Positions 27,778 through 32,000 of a stretch of DNA of 32,000 nt are shown piece by piece. Location: NCBI RefSeq assembly GCF_003046795.1, contig NZ_PZKN01000009.1, positions 69,980-101,979 of the forward strand, in the 5' to 3' direction. Each line of letters starts with the position of its first letter. Positions within the stretch are counted from its first letter, which is position 1. The stretch comes from Desulfonatronum sp. SC1 (GTDB lineage Bacteria > Desulfobacterota > Desulfovibrionia > Desulfovibrionales > Desulfonatronaceae). The notes under the pieces are model-generated. The model was given only the letters and a program-made list of their open reading frames with translations, had not been told where the DNA came from and did not search any database. The translations under genes and the position numbers were made by a program.

Positions 27778-27846
27778 ATCTTTAATTGCTCCTGTCCCTA
27801 ATGAGTTCTTGATTAAATATTGGTCAACAGCCCTTTGTCCAGTCGG

Positions 27847-28218
27847 CTACTTTTTTCGCTTTCCAACGATGGAGCGTCGTGGACCCTTACGGGTTCTCGC
27901 ATTGGCGTGAGTGCTCTGGCCGCGCACAGGCAATCCCTTTCGATGCCGCAACCCTCTGTAGCAGCCAATGTCCATCAGGCGCTTGATGTTGCTGGTCACG
28001 TCACGTCGTAGGTCACCCTCTACTTTATAGGTGGATTCAATTTCCTTACGAATGTCGTTGATCTCGTCCGCGCTTAAATCATCGGTCTTCTTCGTCCACG
28101 CAATGCTCGTCGCATCCAGTACCTTTAAAGCAGTTGTCCGACCAATCCCGTAGATGTAGGTCAGAGCGATATCCATTCGTTTGTTCTTGGGCAAATCAAC
28201 CCCAGCGATTCGTGCCAC
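27847..28218 (-). CDS. rpsM: 30S ribosomal protein S13
   Basis: [34 protein letters not shown]... Confidence 0.95.
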   Translation of the reverse strand: MARIAGVDLPKNKRMDIALTYIYGIGRTTALKVLDATSIAWTKKTDDLSADEINDIRKEIESTYKVEGDLRRDVTSNIKRLMDIGCYRGLRHRKGLPVRGQSTHANARTRKGPRRSIVGKRKK

Positions 28219-28230
28219 GGTTCTCCTCCA

Positions 28231-28344
28231 TTATCCTTGACGTTGCTTGTGACGGGGGTTTTCGCAAATAACCCGTAAAATTCCATTGCGGCGAATGATT
28301 TGACACTTGTCGCAAACTTTCTTCACGGACGGCTTGACTTTCAT
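28231..28344 (-). CDS. rpmJ: 50S ribosomal protein L36 (37 aa; absent from the ORF track)
   Basis: Hand translation of the - strand gives [37 protein letters not shown]. It carries the CxxC...C..H zinc-ribbon pattern and sits in the canonical position upstream of rpsM. Confidence 0.9.
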   Translation of the reverse strand: MKVKPSVKKVCDKCQIIRRNGILRVICENPRHKQRQG

Positions 28345-28368
28345 TTGGTACTCCAACGGTTAATTCAA

Positions 28369-28575
28369 TCAAATAGTGATTCGACCTCGTTTGAGATCGT
28401 ACGGAGACTTTTCCACCTGAACATTGACTCCAGGAAAAAAGATGAACGTGAAAAATTTTTAAATTCCGGATAATTAGACCAAACCGTCATCTCTGTTGAA
28501 CAGACTCGCGAAACATGGCGCTCGGCAAAGCCAAAATTACGTGCCATCTACTTCAATGGCCTCTTCCTTGGCCAT
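28369..28575 (-). pseudogene. infA: Decayed translation initiation factor IF-1 gene (infA relic) in the canonical map-infA-rpmJ slot
   Basis: Three-frame reading of the - strand gives MAKEEAIEVDGT*(TAA), then a frameshift, then VILALPSAMFRESVQQ. A second frameshift gives DDGLV*(TAA)LSGI*(TAA)KFFTFIFFPGVNVQVEKSPYDLKRGRITI*. This aligns along the full length of IF-1 (E. coli ..[64 protein letters not shown]). The relic has at least 2 frameshifts and 3 in-frame stops. Confidence 0.75.
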
Positions 28576-29347
28576 ATTCAGCATAACTCCTGCTCAATAT
28601 CTCAGGACCATTTGAAGTCAAGGCTATGGTATGCTCAAAATGCGCCGCGAGGCTGTTGTCCTTGGTCACAGCCGTCCATCGATCGGAAAGAATCTCAACC
28701 TCGTCCTTGCCTGCCGTGACCATCGGCTCGATTGCCAAAACCATGCCGGTCTTTAGCGGTATATTGGAATATCGCTGCGGAATGAAATTTGGAATCTCTG
28801 GCTTTTCGTGGAGGCTTCGGCCAATGCCGTGTCCAACGAATCGCTTGACCACGGAACAGCCTTTTTCTTCGACATAGTGTTGAATAGCTCGGGATATGTC
28901 ATAGAGCTGGTTCCCAAGGACGGCCGACTTAATTCCGATATCCAGAGCGCCACGAGTAATGTCAAGTAACTTCTGGGTACTGTCTGAAATCGAACCCACG
29001 GGAAACGTCCGAGCCGAGTCTCCATAAAAGCCTTGGTAGATGACTCCAAAGTCGATACTGACGATGTCGCCTTCCTGAAGTGTCCGATCAGAGGGAAAAC
29101 CGTGAACGACTTGTTCATTGATCGAGCAGCAAAGTGCGTAAGGGAAACCCCGATATCCCTTGAACGCCGGCTTAACATTAAACCGAGAGCACCATGTCAG
29201 GGCAATTTCCTCAAGATCAATGGTTTTTATGCCTGGCCTTACGCTTTCTTGTAGTACATCCAGAATAATGGAAACGATCCGATTCGCCTCGCGGAGGATA
29301 TTGATCTCTTTCTCATTCTTCAAATAGATGCCAAGGTACTTCTTCAC
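28553..29347 (-). CDS. map: Type I methionine aminopeptidase
   Basis: INILREANRIVSIILDVL, NEQVVHGFP, GDIVSIDFGVIYQGFYGDSARTF, FVGHGIGRSLHE, LAIEPM and AHFEHT are the metal-ligand motifs of MAP. Confidence 0.95.
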   Translation of the reverse strand: MKKYLGIYLKNEKEINILREANRIVSIILDVLQESVRPGIKTIDLEEIALTWCSRFNVKPAFKGYRGFPYALCCSINEQVVHGFPSDRTLQEGDIVSIDFGVIYQGFYGDSARTFPVGSISDSTQKLLDITRGALDIGIKSAVLGNQLYDISRAIQHYVEEKGCSVVKRFVGHGIGRSLHEKPEIPNFIPQRYSNIPLKTGMVLAIEPMVTAGKDEVEILSDRWTAVTKDNSLAAHFEHTIALTSNGPEILSRSYAEYGQGRGH

Positions 29348-29349
29348 AC

Positions 29350-30690
29350 CTACCGCCTGCCTTTGATCCGTGTTTTTTGCATCAGTCCTTCATACTGATG
29401 AGTAATGAGATACGAATCAACCTTGCTCATGGTGTCCATGGCGACGACCACAGTGATCAACACGCCGGTTCCGCCAAAATAAAAAGGTACATTGAACTGT
29501 GAAATAAGCAACATCGGCAACACGCAGATGGCGGAAATGTACAGCGACCCCCAGAGGGTAATCCGACTGAGAACGGTGTCAATGTATTCACGTGTTTTCA
29601 AACCGGGACGAATACCAGGAATGAAGCCGCCCTGCTTACGAATATTTTCGGCGATATCCTTGGGATCAAAAATAATAGCCATATAAAAGTAACAAAAGAA
29701 AATTATCAACGCGACAAATACTGTGTTGTAAAGAATCGTCGCCGGATCGAACATCATGGAGACTCTGTTCAAAATCTCGGATTGGGAAAATGAAGCCAAA
29801 GTCGCTGGAAACATCAACATGGAAGACGCGAAGATCGGGGGGATGACTCCAGCGGTATTAATCTTCAACGGCAAGTGCGTTGTCTGCCCTCCGTACATTT
29901 TCCGTCCAAGCATCCGTTTAGCGTACTGGATGGGTATTCTGCGCTGCCCTCGTTCCATGAAGACGATGAAAATCAAGACGCCGGCGACAAGCAAAGCCAG
30001 GAGTAGGGCTACGAACAAGGAAATCTGCCCAGCGCTCATTAACCGAAAAGTATTGATTATGGCACCAGGCAATTGGGCGACAATACCTGCGAAAATGATC
30101 AATGAAATGCCGTTTCCGATACCGTATTCGGTGATCTGCTCACCAATCCACATCAACAGGACGGTACCAGACACCATGGTGATGATCGTGGTCAGGCGGA
30201 AAGCCCAGCCTGGGTCCATGACCACAGCGGCCCCCCCTGGGCTGGTCATGTTCTCGATCCCGATGGCGATGCCCAGGCCTTGAACCGCAGCGATCATTAC
30301 CGTTCCATACCGAGTATACTGCGTAATTTTCTTTCGTCCTGAGGCGCCTTCTTCCTTGAGACGCTTCAACTCCGGACTGACAACGGTCAACAACTGAATG
30401 ATGATCGATGCGGAGATATAGGGCATGATGCCCAAAGCGAAAATGGAAAGATTGCTCAGGCCGCCACCGGCGAACATGTCGAACATCCCAAACAGTGTTC
30501 CCTGCATGCTGGCGAAAAAATCAGCCATTGCACTGGAATCGACCCCGGGGACAGGGATATGAACTCCGATCCGGCAAGTCGCCAAGAGCATAAACGTAAA
30601 CAGGATCTTGCGTTTTAATTCCGCGAGACCACCGGATTTACTGGTTGTTTGCTGCACGCTGTTCGCCTTCAATAGCAACGGCTTGGCCAC
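29350..30690 (-). CDS. secY: Preprotein translocase subunit SecY
   Basis: GGLAELKRKILFTFMLLATCRIGVHIPVPGVD...LSIFALGIMPYISASIIIQLL... This is a 10-TM type profile. With this start it overlaps the 3' end of rplO by 53 nt; no other in-frame ATG is plausible. Confidence 0.9.
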   Translation of the reverse strand: MAKPLLLKANSVQQTTSKSGGLAELKRKILFTFMLLATCRIGVHIPVPGVDSSAMADFFASMQGTLFGMFDMFAGGGLSNLSIFALGIMPYISASIIIQLLTVVSPELKRLKEEGASGRKKITQYTRYGTVMIAAVQGLGIAIGIENMTSPGGAAVVMDPGWAFRLTTIITMVSGTVLLMWIGEQITEYGIGNGISLIIFAGIVAQLPGAIINTFRLMSAGQISLFVALLLALLVAGVLIFIVFMERGQRRIPIQYAKRMLGRKMYGGQTTHLPLKINTAGVIPPIFASSMLMFPATLASFSQSEILNRVSMMFDPATILYNTVFVALIIFFCYFYMAIIFDPKDIAENIRKQGGFIPGIRPGLKTREYIDTVLSRITLWGSLYISAICVLPMLLISQFNVPFYFGGTGVLITVVVAMDTMSKVDSYLITHQYEGLMQKTRIKGRR

Positions 30691-31108
30691 CAGCTTTGGA
30701 AATCTTGTCGATGGCCTGTTTGCTGAATCGATGCGCCTCTACCCGAACGGCAATGGAGATATCCCCTCTCGCCAGAACCTTGATCGGCAGTCCGCGTTTA
30801 CCGAATCCCGCAGCATAAATGGCTTCCAGTGAAATTTGGTCGGCTTGCGGAAAGAATTCCAGCAACCGATCCAAATTGACAACAGCGTATTCCGTTCGAA
30901 AAGGATTTTTGAATCCGCCCTTGGGAAGTCGTCGCTGAAGAGGCATCTGGCCGCCTTCAAAACCGGGGGCCTTGGTCCCTCCGCTACGGGATTTTTGTCC
31001 CTTGTTACCCTTGCCGGAAGTGCATCCCCAGCCGCTGCCGGACCCTCGTCCAACACGCTTTCTGTTTTTGCGCTCCTCGTAAAACGGATAGAGATCATGT
31101 AATTGCAT
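30638..31108 (-). CDS. rplO: 50S ribosomal protein L15
   Basis: MQLHDLYPFYEERKNRKRVGRGSGSGWGCTSGKGNKGQKSRSGG... I prefer ATG 31108 (GGAAGGA upstream) over the track's extended start at 31183. Confidence 0.9.
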   Translation of the reverse strand: MQLHDLYPFYEERKNRKRVGRGSGSGWGCTSGKGNKGQKSRSGGTKAPGFEGGQMPLQRRLPKGGFKNPFRTEYAVVNLDRLLEFFPQADQISLEAIYAAGFGKRGLPIKVLARGDISIAVRVEAHRFSKQAIDKISKAGGQAVAIEGEQRAANNQ

Positions 31109-31191
31109 ATTGTCCTTCCAGAGTATGCGCGTTAGCAACCAACGCGCCTTGACATGCTTGAAAATAAAGGCAGCGTTGCTCAAAGATCGAG

Positions 31192-31692
31192 CTAGCGGCC
31201 AAGACTGACGTTCTGCCCGCGGAGTTCGCTTACCTGTTCAGCTGAACGTAGGGAAACGAGACCCTGGACGGTTGCCTTCAGCACGTTATGCGGATTATTG
31301 GTTCCAATGGCCTTCGTCAAAATATCGCTTACGCCGACAGCTTCCATCACGGCTCGCACAGGTCCACCGGCAATGATTCCCGTTCCCTTTGACGCTGGCT
31401 TCAAAACAACATGACCGGCTCCGTACTGTCCTTCAACCTTGTACGGGACCGTTCCGTCGACCAGATTGATTTTTTGCATGGTCTTTCGTGCTCGTTCCGT
31501 GGCTTTGCGGATCGCTTCAGGGACCTCGTTGGCCTTACCAAGGCCGTATCCAACGGAATCCTTGCCGTTGCCGACGACGACAAGAGCACTAAAACTAAAT
31601 CGGCGGCCACCTTTGACTACTTTGGCCACGCGATTCAGATATACAATTTTCTCTATGAACCCTAATTGCGTCTGTTCCATGAAGGTCCCCAT
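31192..31692 (-). CDS. rpsE: 30S ribosomal protein S5
   Basis: [51 protein letters not shown]... The start is either ATG 31692 (TAATG overlap with the rplR stop) or ATG 31680. Confidence 0.9.
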   Translation of the reverse strand: MGTFMEQTQLGFIEKIVYLNRVAKVVKGGRRFSFSALVVVGNGKDSVGYGLGKANEVPEAIRKATERARKTMQKINLVDGTVPYKVEGQYGAGHVVLKPASKGTGIIAGGPVRAVMEAVGVSDILTKAIGTNNPHNVLKATVQGLVSLRSAEQVSELRGQNVSLGR

Positions 31693-32000
31693 TAGAATTG
31701 AAGTCCGCCCTCGCGAGCGCCATCGGCAAGAGCCTTGATCTTCCCGTGATATATGTACCCACCGCGATCAAATACGACTTGGCGGATATCCTTTTCCTTG
31801 GCCTTGTTCGCCAAGTCTTTCCCGACCTGCATAGCCGAGTCACGGGTGAAGCCGTTCACGCCGCCGTCCTTTGACAGATTCAAGGACGAAGAAGAAGCAA
31901 GGGTATGACCGTTGTCGTCATCGATCAATTGTGCATAGATGTATGCATTGGATCGAAAGACCACCAAGCGAGGTCGCACGGCATTACCACTAATTTTCTT
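31692..32000 (-). CDS. rplR: 50S ribosomal protein L18 (5' end beyond the window edge)
   Basis: ...[39 protein letters not shown]...[25 protein letters not shown]. The frame is open to nt 32000; the track's 'M' at 31979 is an internal GTG. Confidence 0.9.
   Translation of the reverse strand, partial: KKISGNAVRPRLVVFRSNAYIYAQLIDDDNGHTLASSSSLNLSKDGGVNGFTRDSAMQVGKDLANKAKEKDIRQVVFDRGGYIYHGKIKALADGAREGGLQF

Noticed and set aside
28365-28547. 60-aa ORF (MARNFGFAERHVSRV...) between map and rpmJ as a real protein.
   Set aside because: It is an out-of-frame reading across the infA relic. The IF-1 similarity lies in the other two frames, and the ORF itself has no recognisable features.
31109-31191. 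A hidden rpmD (L30) gene between rpsE and rplO.
   Set aside because: The gap is 83 nt and no frame gives an L30-like peptide. The track's extended rplO N-terminus (MSNAAFIFKHVKARW...) is non-homologous read-through upstream of the true ATG at 31108.

Overview
The window has two parts. Part 1 (1-18814, + strand) is a BREX-type phage-exclusion operon whose core gene order matches type 3 BREX: brxC (5' end off-window), a PF01555-like methyltransferase (pglXI-like), an SNF2/DEAH helicase (brxHII-like), pglZ, and a brxA-position gene. Three extra genes are nested in it and translationally coupled to it. Two form a conspicuously low-GC cassette between the methyltransferase and the helicase: a PHP-phosphoesterase::SMC/ABC-like ATPase fusion and an AlbA_2 (Schlafen-fold)/COG2865-like protein. 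The third is a 1262-aa protein between the helicase and pglZ, with an N-terminal SIR2-like domain and about 950 aa of unassignable C-terminus. These nested genes are the best candidates for an undescribed defence module, or an undescribed BREX variant. Next comes a roughly 1-kb repeat-rich junction (18815-19813) with no recognisable gene. Part 2 (19814-32000) is ordinary core genome, almost all on the - strand. It holds znuA-znuC-znuB with a divergent Fur-family (Zur-like) regulator, a LysR regulator, and the 3' part of the ribosomal protein cluster (rplR-rpsE-rplO-secY-map-[infA relic]-rpmJ-rpsM-rpsK-rpsD-rpoA-rplQ). It also holds selD, which the ORF track splits because it contains an in-frame UGA (selenocysteine) followed by a SECIS-like hairpin. 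The canonical infA slot holds a decayed pseudogene. The core-gene sequences look deltaproteobacterial (Desulfovibrio-like), but that is only an impression. All calls rest on reading motifs by eye; no database search was possible.
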